Shown in pieces: positions 30,260 to 40,501 of a stretch of DNA of 64,000 nt. This DNA is from an uncultured Acidobacteriota bacterium. Lineage in GTDB: Bacteria; Acidobacteriota; Thermoanaerobaculia; Gp7-AA8. Under the pieces are notes generated by a model. It saw nothing but the letters and a program-made list of their open reading frames with translations, searched no databases and was not told the DNA's origin. Location: the NCBI GenBank assembly GCA_963822445.1, contig CAWGHO010000003.1:864001-928000 (forward strand), in the 5' to 3' direction. Numbering within the stretch: position 1 is the first letter of the stretch; every line of letters begins with the position of its first letter. The position numbers and the translations under genes are program-made.

Positions 30260-31446
30260 CCGTCTCCCGCGGGATTGACCAGGGCCCGGGCCAGACTCGC
30301 GTACATCGCTTTCCGCTGTTCGTTCCGATCGAGACCTCCGCGGACGACGACGTAGCGCATCGGCATTTCCGTCGGATGGAACTGCGAGTGATACGACAAC
30401 CAATCGGTGGTCTGTCCGACTTTGGCGTTCATGCCGGCGCCGAGGACGACGACGTAGACGGCGTTCGGGTCGACGTGCTGAATCGCGCCCGCTTCGACCT
30501 GAGCGAGCAGCGCGCGCTGCACGTCGAGATCGGTCACGTCGGGACCTGCGAGCGGCAACTGGCGCGAGCCGAAGCGGAAGCCGAAGCTGCGCACGCCGTA
30601 GCGATCGAGATCGCGAATCCGCTCATCGCGATCGATGCTGCGGGCCATGGCCATGATCGGAGCCATGTCGCCCCTGGCCCATTCGCCCGCGTACAGAACC
30701 TGGATCGACGGATCTTCGAGCACCGGTCCGCCATGAAAGAGGACGTCGCCGAGGGGATCGCCGCCGCGGTAGACGCGGACCAGGCCGCCGTCATCGTCGC
30801 GGACCATGTCGGCGGGCAACGCCACCTGCGGCTCGATCGCCTCCGTGGCTTCCGTCGCTTCGCTTTCCTCGCCTTCGACGGCCACGGACGTCGCCGCCGT
30901 GCCGAAGACGATGTCGAGCACCGGATGCACTTCGATTCCGTTCGGGGCCACGCCGGTCTGGCCGTGGATGTAGTCCCAGAAGCCGATGCCTTTGATCGTG
31001 ACCGGCGTGCTGGTGGTCTTGAAGCTCGTCGTCGCTGTGAAACGGGCGTCGAACTGATTGCGCGCGCGGGCGATGCCGGGGCCGAACGGGCTGCCGGCGC
31101 CGACGCAGTTCGTGGCCGGAAGCTCGATGATCATCGTCCGGCCGGAGCCGTCCTTGATGACCAGGTGATAGTCGGAGTCGTTTTCGCGAACGTACTTCGT
31201 CAGCGTGCCGCTGAGCCGGTACTGGGTGGTCTCGCGCGGCGAGACGCGCCCGTTCGAGGGCAGCGAGCTCGGTCTCGTGGACTGGTGAAAGTTGTAGATC
31301 GTGGAAGAGATGTAGCTACTGAGGTTGACCGATGGGGCGTTCGGATCGGTGCCGGTCTTGACCGACCAGCGCTCGACACCGCATGCAGCATGAAGCTCGG
31401 AGACAGCGAACAGCAACAGCGCCGTGACGGAGAGAACCACTCGCAT
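30250..31446 (-). CDS. secreted two-domain hypothetical protein
   Basis: Signal peptide; CGVERWSVKT, ENDSDYHLVI and GIEVHPV in the N-domain; acidic linker; FHGGPVL in the C-domain. Confidence 0.75.
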   Translation of the reverse strand: MRVVLSVTALLLFAVSELHAACGVERWSVKTGTDPNAPSVNLSSYISSTIYNFHQSTRPSSLPSNGRVSPRETTQYRLSGTLTKYVRENDSDYHLVIKDGSGRTMIIELPATNCVGAGSPFGPGIARARNQFDARFTATTSFKTTSTPVTIKGIGFWDYIHGQTGVAPNGIEVHPVLDIVFGTAATSVAVEGEESEATEATEAIEPQVALPADMVRDDDGGLVRVYRGGDPLGDVLFHGGPVLEDPSIQVLYAGEWARGDMAPIMAMARSIDRDERIRDLDRYGVRSFGFRFGSRQLPLAGPDVTDLDVQRALLAQVEAGAIQHVDPNAVYVVVLGAGMNAKVGQTTDWLSYHSQFHPTEMPMRYVVVRGGLDRNEQRKAMYASLARALVNPAGDGWF

Positions 31447-31483
31447 GAAGGCCTCCAACCGATCGTTTTTTTGTGTTGTCGGA

Positions 31484-32122
31484 TCAGTGTAGCTTGTTGC
31501 GGCTCTCGAACAATCGCCTTCCCGCGACGATGGAGTCGTTCGGCAGCGGAACGGGCTCGCCGATGCGCAACGCTTCGAGGTAGATCCGCGCGCCCGCTTC
31601 CATGGCCACGGCGAGATGCAACGCATGCTCGAGATCGCGGCCGACGCAGACGTTGCCGTGGTTGGCGAGAATCACCGCCGTTCGATCGCCCAACGTGCGG
31701 ATGACGTTCGTCCCCACAGCCTCGGTGCCGGTGAACGCGTACTCGGCCACTTCGATCTGGCCGCCGAAGAAGACCATCATCTCGTCGAGGATCGGCGGCA
31801 ACGGTCTGCGCAGAACGGACAGCGCCGTGACACAAGGCGAGTGCGTATGCACGACCGCCCCAACCTCGGGATGCGACCGGTAAACCGCGAGGTGCAGCGG
31901 CAACTCGTAGGACGGCTCGCGATTCGATTCGACGGCCTCGCCGGTATGCAGATCGACGAGGACCACGTCATCGGGAACGAGCCCGTCGTATTGAACGGTG
32001 GTGGGGGTGATGGCGATGCGTCCCTCGCCGGCGCGGCAGCTCACGTTTCCCGCGGAACCGGCGACCAGGCCCGCGGCCCACATTTTTTTGGCGTGAAGGG
32101 CGACGTCTTCGCGTGGCTGCAT
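31484..32122 (-). CDS. class II aldolase/adducin family protein
   Basis: GNVSCR, PSYELPLHLAVY, VVHTHS and LANHG. Confidence 0.9.
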   Translation of the reverse strand: MQPREDVALHAKKMWAAGLVAGSAGNVSCRAGEGRIAITPTTVQYDGLVPDDVVLVDLHTGEAVESNREPSYELPLHLAVYRSHPEVGAVVHTHSPCVTALSVLRRPLPPILDEMMVFFGGQIEVAEYAFTGTEAVGTNVIRTLGDRTAVILANHGNVCVGRDLEHALHLAVAMEAGARIYLEALRIGEPVPLPNDSIVAGRRLFESRNKLH

Positions 32123-32151
32123 GACGTGCGCGAGGCTAGCATGAGCACCGC

Positions 32152-33519
32152 TTGAATCTGCTCCACCTCTTCGATCTTTCCCTCCTCGCCCGCGCGGACG
32201 ACGACGCCCTCGAATGGAACGGCGCGACGTACACCTTCGGCGAGCTGGAACGTCGCAGCAATCGCGTCGCAAATGCGCTGACCTCGCGCGGATTCGAGAA
32301 GGGCGATCGCCTCTGCGTCTACATGGCGAACAGCATCGAGCTGATCGACGTCTTCCTGGCCTGCATGAAGCTCGGGGTGATCTTCGTCCCGATCAACATC
32401 CTCTATCGCGAGCGGGAGATTGCGCACATCACCACCGACGCGGAACCGCGCGAAGTGATTTCGTCTCCGATCGAGCCGTCGGACTTCGACACGCGTCCGC
32501 AAACCCAACTCGACGGCGACACACCGGCCGCAATCATCTACACCTCGGGCACGACCGGCGCGTCGAAGGGTGCGGTGCTCACCCACAACAACTTCCTGAC
32601 CAACACGGTCAACTTGTTGACCGCGTGGCAGATCACCAGCGCGGACCGCCTCTTCCTCGCACTCCCGCTCTTCCACATCCACGCCCTCGGCAACGGCCTG
32701 CACACCTGGCTGGCCAGCGGATGCCGGATGCGATTGCTGGAGCGGTTCGATCACCGGACCGCGGTCGAGGAGCTGCTCGATTTCCAGCCAACGCTCTTCT
32801 TCGGCGTGCCGACGATGTACGTGCGTTTGCTCGAAACGCCCGCGGAGGCGGCGAAAGTCATCGGCAGCCGAATGCGCCTGTTCGTGTCCGGTTCCGCCCC
32901 GCTTCCGGCGCATGTCCTCGAGCAGTTCCGCGCGCTTTTCGATCACACCATCCTCGAGCGCTACGGCATGACCGAGACGTTCATGAACATCAGCAATCCG
33001 TACGTCGGCGAGCGCCGCGCGGGGACGGTCGGCTTTCCGCTGCCGGGCGTGTCCGTCCGGATCGAGGACGGCGAGCTGCTGGTGAAGGGCTCGAACGTGT
33101 TTTCCGGTTACTGGCGCCGCGCGGAGAACGTGTTCACGTCCGACGGCTACTTTCGCACCGGCGATCTCGCCACGGTCGATGCCGACGGCTACTACACGTT
33201 GCTCGGCCGCCGCAGCGATCTGATCATCTCCGGAGGCTTCAACATCTATCCCCGCGAAATCGAAGAGCTGCTGCTCGAGCAATTCGGCGTGCGTGAAGCG
33301 GCGGTCGTCGGTGTGCCCGATGACGTGCGAGGCGAGGTGCCGGTCGCGTATCTGGTCGGCGACTTCGACGAGGGGGAGCTCGAGCGCATCTGCCGCGAGC
33401 AGCTCGCGTCGTTCAAAGTGCCGCGGAGGTTCGTGAAGGTGGAGAGCATTCCCCGCACCGCGCTGGGGAAGGTGCAGAAGCATTTGCTCTGGACTGCGGC
33501 AGCAAAGCTGCCGCTCTGA
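32152..33519 (+). CDS. acyl-CoA synthetase (MatB-like AMP-binding enzyme)
   Basis: IYTSGTTGASKG, LPLFHIHAL, ERYGMTE, YFRTGD, ISGGFNIYP and GKVQK. Confidence 0.9.
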   Translation: MNLLHLFDLSLLARADDDALEWNGATYTFGELERRSNRVANALTSRGFEKGDRLCVYMANSIELIDVFLACMKLGVIFVPINILYREREIAHITTDAEPREVISSPIEPSDFDTRPQTQLDGDTPAAIIYTSGTTGASKGAVLTHNNFLTNTVNLLTAWQITSADRLFLALPLFHIHALGNGLHTWLASGCRMRLLERFDHRTAVEELLDFQPTLFFGVPTMYVRLLETPAEAAKVIGSRMRLFVSGSAPLPAHVLEQFRALFDHTILERYGMTETFMNISNPYVGERRAGTVGFPLPGVSVRIEDGELLVKGSNVFSGYWRRAENVFTSDGYFRTGDLATVDADGYYTLLGRRSDLIISGGFNIYPREIEELLLEQFGVREAAVVGVPDDVRGEVPVAYLVGDFDEGELERICREQLASFKVPRRFVKVESIPRTALGKVQKHLLWTAAAKLPL

Positions 33520-33583
33520 CTTGCGCGAGCGTCAGCTCGCGCTGACGCGAGTAAAAGCGGCGGCTTTGCCGCCGCAGTCCAGA
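33488..33583. repeat. 96-nt REP/REPIN-like palindromic element, copy 2
   Basis: Homologous to 11114-11209; overlaps the last codons and stop of the acyl-CoA synthetase. Confidence 0.8.
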
Positions 33584-33584
33584 A

Positions 33585-34295
33585 TCACGCCGCTTCTTCG
33601 TTCCGGTGATCGCTGGTGATGCGTCCGTCGCGGATCTCCACGATCCGGCTGGCGCGTTTCGCCAGGGCGGGATCGTGGGTGATGATCACCAGCGTGCGGC
33701 CGGCTTTCCAGAGCTCGGTGAAGATCGACATGATGTCGCCGCCGCTGGACGTATCGAGGTTTCCGGTCGGCTCGTCGGCGAGAACGATGTCGGGGTTCAT
33801 CGCCAGCGCGCGGGCGATGGCCACGCGCTGCATCTGACCGCCGGAGAGCTCGGTGGGGCGGTGATCGAGACGGTCGCCGAGGCCGACGCGGGTCAGCAGC
33901 TCCTTCGCGCGTTCGCGGCGGTCTTTCGGTGAGACTCCGCCGAACAGCAGCGGCAGCTCGACGTTCTCCGCGGCGCTGATGTGCGGCAGCAGGTTGAAGT
34001 TCTGGAAGACGAATCCGACGCGGCGATTGCGGATCTCCGCGAGCTGATCGCGCGTCACGCCGGCCACGTTCTCGCCGCCGATCTCGTACGTGCCTTCGGT
34101 CGGCGTATCGAGACAGCCGAGCAGGTTCATGAGCGTCGACTTGCCCGAGCCGGACGGCCCGACGATGGCGACCATTTCGCCGCCGAAGATGTCCAGGTCG
34201 ATGCCTTTGAGCGCTTCGACCTTCACCTTGCCGGTGTCGTAAACCTTCCGGATGCCGGACATGTGAATGATGCTGTCAGCCATTTGATCTCTCAT
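33585..34295 (-). CDS. ABC transporter ATP-binding protein (MacB/LolD type)
   Basis: GPSGSGKST, LSGGQMQR and LADEPTGNLD. Confidence 0.95.
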   Translation of the reverse strand: MRDQMADSIIHMSGIRKVYDTGKVKVEALKGIDLDIFGGEMVAIVGPSGSGKSTLMNLLGCLDTPTEGTYEIGGENVAGVTRDQLAEIRNRRVGFVFQNFNLLPHISAAENVELPLLFGGVSPKDRRERAKELLTRVGLGDRLDHRPTELSGGQMQRVAIARALAMNPDIVLADEPTGNLDTSSGGDIMSIFTELWKAGRTLVIITHDPALAKRASRIVEIRDGRITSDHRNEEAA

Positions 34296-35548
34296 TCATA
34301 ACGAAGTGTTGCCGCGGGATCGACGCGCGCCGCGCGGCGGGCGGGGAAGTAGCCGGCCAGTAATCCGATCATGCCGAGGATGGCCGAGGTGGCCATGCCG
34401 ATGGCGGGCGAGAGCGTGGGGCGGCCCAGGAACGACATCACCCGGTTGCTTTCGATCGGGAGAAACGTCGCCGCGGCGGTCATCAGCGTCGCGATCACGA
34501 TTCCGACCGCGCCGCCGATGAATGTGTAGACCAGCGCCTCGAGCACGAACGGCCAGATGATCCAGCGCGCCTTTGCGCCGAGGGCCATCTTCACGCCGAT
34601 CTCGCGGGTGCGCTCCTTGATGACCGCGAACATGATGTTGGCTACGCCGACGCCGCCGATGAGCAGAGTCAGCGCGCCGACGATGCCGAGGAAGAGCTGG
34701 ATGCCGCCGGTGATCTTCCGGTTCATCTCCGCGCCCTTCACCGTGTCCCAGGTGCCGAACGCGCGCTCGTCGGCCGGGTCGTAACCGAGCTTCGGGCCCA
34801 TGGTCTCGTGGAACTTCTTCAGCATCGGCTTCATGTCGCCCGGGTTGTGGGTCTCGATGAGCAGGTTGCTGAGCCGGTCGCGGCCGAACTGCGCCTTCGC
34901 AGTGGTGATCGGAATGGTGATGTGGGTCGCGTCGGGTCCGCCGTACGTGCCCATCTGCGTCTTGTGCTGCATCACACCGATCACGGTGTAGGGCGCGTTG
35001 TTGATCAGGATGGTCTTGCCGACCGGTTCGACTTTGCCGAAGAGGTCCGTGGCCACTTCATCGCCGATGAAGGCCACGCGGCGGCGTTGCTTCTCGTCTT
35101 CCGGCGACAGCCAGCGGCCACCGGCGACGGGGTAATGCTTGCGGGCGTCGCCGTACTCCCAGCTCACGCCGATGACGCGCGAGTTGATGGTCTTGCGTTC
35201 CCAGGCGATGGCCGTGCGCCACGACGTGATCTCGCCGATGACCGACTTGAGCTCGGGCATGCGCGCACGCACGAATTCGAGGTCGTCGATGCGCGGACGG
35301 ATCGGACGGCCGGGAGGAAGTCCGCGGAACGACTTCGACGTCTCGCCCGGCCAGAGCACGGAGATGTTCTCGCCCATGGCCCGGCGGTTCTTGTCGAGCT
35401 GCAGCTTCAGCCCTTCGCCGAATGCGAGCAGCAGCAGAATCGCCACCGTGCCCCACGCGATCGAAGCGATGGTGAGGAAGGCGCGCTTCTTCTGAAGCTG
35501 GCTGGCCTTCGCGAAGAGCGAGAAGATGACGTGCAGATCGTGTTTCAT
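34292..35548 (-). CDS. MacB/FtsX-family ABC permease
   Basis: GGVGVANIM..ERTREIGVKMALGA; LRYE end. Confidence 0.92.
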   Translation of the reverse strand: MKHDLHVIFSLFAKASQLQKKRAFLTIASIAWGTVAILLLLAFGEGLKLQLDKNRRAMGENISVLWPGETSKSFRGLPPGRPIRPRIDDLEFVRARMPELKSVIGEITSWRTAIAWERKTINSRVIGVSWEYGDARKHYPVAGGRWLSPEDEKQRRRVAFIGDEVATDLFGKVEPVGKTILINNAPYTVIGVMQHKTQMGTYGGPDATHITIPITTAKAQFGRDRLSNLLIETHNPGDMKPMLKKFHETMGPKLGYDPADERAFGTWDTVKGAEMNRKITGGIQLFLGIVGALTLLIGGVGVANIMFAVIKERTREIGVKMALGAKARWIIWPFVLEALVYTFIGGAVGIVIATLMTAAATFLPIESNRVMSFLGRPTLSPAIGMATSAILGMIGLLAGYFPARRAARVDPAATLRYE

Positions 35549-36774
35549 AGCTTCATCGCCACCACTGGATCCAACCGCGATGCGTCACGGGCGGGGAAGT
35601 AACCGGCCAGCAATCCGACGATGCCCAGCGCGGTTGCCGTGAGCACTGCCACCATCGGCGAGAGCTCCGGCTTGCCCACGAACTCCTGCGGTCCTTCGGG
35701 GAAAATCGCACAGATGCCGTAGGAGATGGCGAAGCCGATTGCGCCGCCGACCGCGGTGACGAGCATGGTCTCCAGAAGGAACTGGGTCATGATCCAGCGC
35801 TGCTTCGCGCCGAGGGCCATCTTGATGCCGATCTCGCGGGTGCGCTCCTCGATGATCACGTTCATGATGTTCGAGACGCCGATGCCGCCGACGACGAGGG
35901 TGAGCACGCCGATGATGCCGAGGAAGGCGTTGAAGGCGAGCATGAACATGTCGAAGAACTGGAACTGTTCGGTGGTGTCCCAGATCGACAGTGCTTCCTT
36001 GTCGTCCTTGTTGAAGCGGAGCCGTTTGCCGAACGCCGCGCGCAGGTCCTCGATCACGGCCTTGGTCTGCGTCGGGTTCGCGGCCTGGAGGACGATGTTG
36101 TCGATGTACTTCTCGCCGGTCAGTGCGCGATAGGTCGACGCGGGGATGAAGATCTTTTCCTTGTCCCGCCCGCTGTAGCTCGAGTCCTGTTCCTTGGCCT
36201 GAAGTACGCCGATGACCTGGAACGGCGACTGGTTGATCAGGACGGTCTTGCCGATGGCGTCGGACTCGCCGAAGACGTTGGTCTTGAGCTCGTCGCCGAT
36301 GAACGCCACCCGCCGCTGCGAGCCTTCGTCGAGCGGATTGATGAACCGCCCGCCGGCCACGGGGATGAGATTGCGCATCTCCCCGAACTCGGGCGCGACA
36401 CCGGAGATGTCGACGGAGATGGTCTTCGTGCCGTAGTCGAGGCGCATGGAGGTCATGTACTCGCCCGACACGCGCTTGAGTCCCTGCACTTCCGTGCGGA
36501 TGGCCTGAATGTCCTCTTCGGCCACACGCAACCGCCGCCCCTTGCCGAGGCCTTCGTGCGGAATGGAAGTGAGCCCGGCCCAGACGATGACGATGCGATC
36601 GCCGAGGCCAGCCGTGTTCCTGATGAGCTGCTTGTGCAGCCCCGTCCCGAACGCGAGCATCAGACTGATCGCAACCGTTCCCCAGACGATCCCGAAGACC
36701 GTCAGAAACGTGCGCAGCTTTTCATTGCGCACATCGCGGAAGAGCTGGCGGAGGACTTCTTTGATGGAAACCAT
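35545..36774 (-). CDS. MacB/FtsX-family ABC permease
   Basis: RTFLTVFGIVWG; GGIGVSNIM..ERTREIGIKMALGA. Confidence 0.92.
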   Translation of the reverse strand: MVSIKEVLRQLFRDVRNEKLRTFLTVFGIVWGTVAISLMLAFGTGLHKQLIRNTAGLGDRIVIVWAGLTSIPHEGLGKGRRLRVAEEDIQAIRTEVQGLKRVSGEYMTSMRLDYGTKTISVDISGVAPEFGEMRNLIPVAGGRFINPLDEGSQRRVAFIGDELKTNVFGESDAIGKTVLINQSPFQVIGVLQAKEQDSSYSGRDKEKIFIPASTYRALTGEKYIDNIVLQAANPTQTKAVIEDLRAAFGKRLRFNKDDKEALSIWDTTEQFQFFDMFMLAFNAFLGIIGVLTLVVGGIGVSNIMNVIIEERTREIGIKMALGAKQRWIMTQFLLETMLVTAVGGAIGFAISYGICAIFPEGPQEFVGKPELSPMVAVLTATALGIVGLLAGYFPARDASRLDPVVAMKL

Positions 36775-36780
36775 GTTGTC

Positions 36781-36859
36781 GGGTTCCGGGGGTTACGGGG
36801 TTTCGGGGTTTCGAGGTGGGTGTTACCCCGTAACCCCGAAACCTCGTAACCCCGTAACC
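36781..36859. repeat. intergenic palindrome with tandem octamer arms (GGGGTTWC family)
   Basis: ggggttacggggtttcggggtttcgagg ... ccccgtaaccccgaaacctcgtaaccccgtaacc. Confidence 0.85.
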
Positions 36860-36866
36860 AGCGAAG

Positions 36867-37967
36867 CTAGCTGATCTCCTTCGGCGGCCTCTCCACAACT
36901 TTCTCCCCCTTCTTCAGCCCCGAAACGACCTCGATGTTCAGGCCGTCGCTGATGCCGGTCTTGATCTCCACTTTTTTCGGTTCGGCTTTGGGGTCGGCGT
37001 TGGGGATCTCGACCATCGTCTTCTTGCCGCCGTCTTCGAACGTCACCAGGCGTTCGGGGAGGACGAGGACGTCCTTCTTCTCGCGGATGATCACGTCGGC
37101 GTTCGCGGAGTAGCCGGCGCGGAGGGTGATCTTCGCGTTCGGCTCGAGCTCGATCTCCACGTCGAACAGCGTGGCCCCTTCCTTCTGCTGGGCCTGGGGG
37201 GCGATGCGGGAGACCCTGCCGGTGACGACGTCCGTCGGCAGCGCGCCGACTTTGATGCGCGTGGTCATGCCCGCGGAGAGCTTGCCGACGTCGATCTCAT
37301 CGACCGTGCCTTTGAAAATGAGGTCGGACATGTCGGCGATGGTCGCCATCTCTGTTCCGGGCTGGTACGAGGTCAGGGGAACGATCGGGTCGCCCGGATT
37401 CACGGCGCGGCTGAGGATCGTGCCGGCGGCCGGCGCGCGAATGATCGATTCCGTTCCGCCCGCGGTCAGACGTCCGCGGCGGGTGAGCTCGCGGTCCTGC
37501 TGCGCTTTCATCAGAGCGACGCGATTCAGCTCGAACGCTTCTTTCTTCTGCTCCACTTCCGACTTCGGCAGCACGCCGCTGCGGGCGAGCTCCTGGGCGC
37601 GGACGTAATCGCCTTCCGCGCGACGGAAGCTGGCCTGCGCGGACTCGACGCGGCGATCGACTTCCGTGACTTCGAGCGGCGTCGGATCGGGCGCGATCTC
37701 GAACAGCGGATCGCCGGCCTTGACCGTGTCGCCCACTTCGACCATGGCCCGGCGGACGATGCCGGAGATTTTCGACTTCACCTGGAACTTCTGGCGCGGC
37801 TGGATCTGGCCGACGGCGACCGCCTTCTCGACGATCGTTCCCTGGATGACCTCGACTTCCTTCAGAGAGCCGTCTTTCTTCTTGCTGTTGCGGGCGACGG
37901 CGTACACCCCGACCGTCACGGCGGCGAGGATGACGAGGATGAGGAGGATTTTTCCGAGTCTGGACAT
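36867..37967 (-). CDS. MacA/HlyD-family periplasmic adaptor subunit
   Basis: N-terminal TM; VEVGDTVKAGDPL; VDEIDVGKL; GYSANADV. Confidence 0.92.
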   Translation of the reverse strand: MSRLGKILLILVILAAVTVGVYAVARNSKKKDGSLKEVEVIQGTIVEKAVAVGQIQPRQKFQVKSKISGIVRRAMVEVGDTVKAGDPLFEIAPDPTPLEVTEVDRRVESAQASFRRAEGDYVRAQELARSGVLPKSEVEQKKEAFELNRVALMKAQQDRELTRRGRLTAGGTESIIRAPAAGTILSRAVNPGDPIVPLTSYQPGTEMATIADMSDLIFKGTVDEIDVGKLSAGMTTRIKVGALPTDVVTGRVSRIAPQAQQKEGATLFDVEIELEPNAKITLRAGYSANADVIIREKKDVLVLPERLVTFEDGGKKTMVEIPNADPKAEPKKVEIKTGISDGLNIEVVSGLKKGEKVVERPPKEIS

Positions 37968-38024
37968 GCGTGGCTCTCCTGACAGAGGCCAAGTACGCAG
38001 GCAACAACGAAAAGTTTCGGAGTC

Positions 38025-38099
38025 AGTACGGCGGGCGTCTCGCCCGCCCGGCGACGGGCATCATGCCCGTCGCGAAGCGGGCGGGACGCCCGCCGTACG
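38025..38099. repeat. REP-like palindrome
   Basis: gtacggcgggcgtctcgcccgc ... gcgggcgggacgcccgccgtac around an inner hairpin cgacgggcatcatgcccgtcg. Confidence 0.75.
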
Positions 38100-38107
38100 T
38101 GCATGAA

Positions 38108-40426
38108 TCAAATCGGCGGCCCTGGCGGCACGGGCGGCGGCGTGGGCGGTTTCCACGGCTCCGCGGGTCGATTGAGAAAGCGCTCGATGTCGTCGCGGGT
38201 CGCGCGGCGGTGGGCGTCCTCCGATGCATCGCGTGTTCCGGCGCGGAGACGATCGGACAAACGCCGAAGCCCATCGACCGCTTCCGCGCGCGCCTGCGGA
38301 TCGGTCTCACGATTCGCGGCGAGATCGGAAAGGCGCGTCACGAAAATCGTGCGCGTGCCGCGCGAGACGGAGCCTTGCTGCATGACCACGTCGATCATCG
38401 CGTTCAGAACGTCGCGCAGGGTGAAGTCCTGCTGCTGCGCGAGCCGCGACGCGCGCGAGGAATCGAGCAGCGCGGAGATGGTGATGTCCGCGGAGGTCAT
38501 GGCCGCGGCGATTGGATCGAAGGTCGGATCGGTGCGCCGCGGAAAGAGCTCGGTGTTGGCGTTGCCGGTTCCGTACGCCGGCGGCGGAATCAGCGCCACG
38601 ATGCGCGGCGGGACCTCCAGGAACTTCGGATCGAGCGTCGCCAGCACTGCATTCAACGCCTCCCGCTGCTGCTGCGCCGGAACGGGCCGCGGCAACTCCG
38701 ACGATCCGTCGTCATTCACGCTGTAAGTGAAAAACACCCCGCCAATCGACTTCGTCGCCGCCTCGGTCTGATAGCGATGGTGAAGGTAGAGCGGCACGAG
38801 CTGCTCTTCGAGCGCGGACAGAGCCTCTCCGCGTTTCAGATTCTTCAGCCCGAACTGCTCGAGCGCCAATCGCCGCACTTCGATCTCGTGCCGCAGCATC
38901 ACGACCGGATCGCCGCCGTTGTCCCACACCGATCCGAGGGGATGCGCGCCGCCGACAGCGCGCGAATGCGGATCGGAAACGAACAGCGGCGTGGCCCGCG
39001 CCAGCGCCTCGAGCTCCGCGTCATTCGCAACCGGCGCGTACGCATAACGAATCGCCGCAATGTCGTAAGGCGCAACCCCGGTCGCATAAGCCTCGGACAA
39101 ATCGAGCTTGCCATTGACGATCTTCACGTACGGCGCGGGATAGTCCATCACCGAGGCGCGGTTGTAGGTCGAGGCGGCCATGTTGTGGTCGAGACCGAGC
39201 GTGTGGCCGACCTCGTGCGCGGAAAGCTGGCGGATCCGGGCCAGGGCCATCAGCGACGGAGACGTGTTCGGATCGAGCTCGTCGTACGTCGACATGAGCC
39301 CGCGGGCGAGCATCACGTCCTGGCGGATGCGCAGCGATCCGAGGAGGACCGTGCCTTTGATGATCTCGCCGGTGCGGGGATCGACGACGCTCGCGCCGTA
39401 CGACCAGCCGCGCGTGGAGCGATGCACCCAGTTGATGACGTTGTAGCGGACGTCCAGCGGATCGGCGTCAACCGGCAGGACTTTCACCTGAAATCCGTTC
39501 GGATAGCCGGCCGCTTCGAATGCGGTGTTCCACCACGCTGCGCCTTCGACCAGCGCGGTGCGGATCGGCTCGGGCACGCCGTTGTCGACGTAGTAGACGA
39601 GCGGTTTGCCGGGCTCCATGCGATGGCGGGCGATCCACGTTTTCGAGATCGGCTCGGTGAACGGCGATGCGTAATCGTAGAAGTCGATGCCGAAGACGCC
39701 GACGCGCGGATCGGAGCGACGCGGCTGGTAGCCGGGCTCGGGGAGGGCGACGAAGGAGTGATGCTCGCGAACGGTGATGACGTCGGCAGTAGGCGTCACG
39801 CCGCGCACGAGCGCCCCCGGCCGGTCATTCGTGCTGAACGTCAGCGTCGCCTCGACCTCGGTGTTCTTCTGGAACGCTTTGGTGCGGGGGAGGTAGATCG
39901 CGCTTCGATTGCGATCGAGGGTGTACGAGCCCTGCTGCGCATCGCGGAGGCGGCGAGCGACGCCATGCGCGTCGCTGAGAAAGAACTCCGTGGCATCGAC
40001 CATCACGCCGCGCGGCGTGGTCTGCTCGACTTTGAATCCGGCGAGGATCGAGGTCGCGAAGGATTGCTCGACCGTTCGGCGCTCGGATGGGTCGTTGCTG
40101 ATCGCGCGGAACGCGTAATTCGGTTCGACCATCAGCACGCGCGGTCCGACCCGTTCGAAACGGACGACATGCGTCGCGCCGAGCTGCGAGCGATCGAGGC
40201 CGACGGGATTCGAGCCCACGCCCGACGCCAGCGAGACCTGCCAGATCAGCTCTTCATTGAAGCGCGTGATCTCCATCATCAGCTTGCCGGTGGCTTCGTC
40301 CCATTGCAGGGGGATGAAGCCTTCGAGGGTGGTGAGGGTGTTCGTCACCGGTTGCGCCGGCGGCGGTGTGGGCGCGGTGGTGGTGCAGGCGGTGAGGAGG
40401 ATGGCAAGGGCAATCGCGCTTCGCAT
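38108..40426 (-). CDS. zinc-dependent metalloprotease lipoprotein (DUF5117/DUF4953, EcxA-like)
   Basis: Lipobox LTAC; DPRTGEIIKG; AHEVGHTLGLDHN; SVMDYP Met-turn. Confidence 0.9.
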   Translation of the reverse strand: MRSAIALAILLTACTTTAPTPPPAQPVTNTLTTLEGFIPLQWDEATGKLMMEITRFNEELIWQVSLASGVGSNPVGLDRSQLGATHVVRFERVGPRVLMVEPNYAFRAISNDPSERRTVEQSFATSILAGFKVEQTTPRGVMVDATEFFLSDAHGVARRLRDAQQGSYTLDRNRSAIYLPRTKAFQKNTEVEATLTFSTNDRPGALVRGVTPTADVITVREHHSFVALPEPGYQPRRSDPRVGVFGIDFYDYASPFTEPISKTWIARHRMEPGKPLVYYVDNGVPEPIRTALVEGAAWWNTAFEAAGYPNGFQVKVLPVDADPLDVRYNVINWVHRSTRGWSYGASVVDPRTGEIIKGTVLLGSLRIRQDVMLARGLMSTYDELDPNTSPSLMALARIRQLSAHEVGHTLGLDHNMAASTYNRASVMDYPAPYVKIVNGKLDLSEAYATGVAPYDIAAIRYAYAPVANDAELEALARATPLFVSDPHSRAVGGAHPLGSVWDNGGDPVVMLRHEIEVRRLALEQFGLKNLKRGEALSALEEQLVPLYLHHRYQTEAATKSIGGVFFTYSVNDDGSSELPRPVPAQQQREALNAVLATLDPKFLEVPPRIVALIPPPAYGTGNANTELFPRRTDPTFDPIAAAMTSADITISALLDSSRASRLAQQQDFTLRDVLNAMIDVVMQQGSVSRGTRTIFVTRLSDLAANRETDPQARAEAVDGLRRLSDRLRAGTRDASEDAHRRATRDDIERFLNRPAEPWKPPTPPPVPPGPPI

Positions 40427-40501
40427 CGGGCGCGATTGTACGTGCCGATGCGCTATCCTCGGCCAGTCCAATCCGGTCAACAAACAGGCGAGGAGCGCGG
40501 A

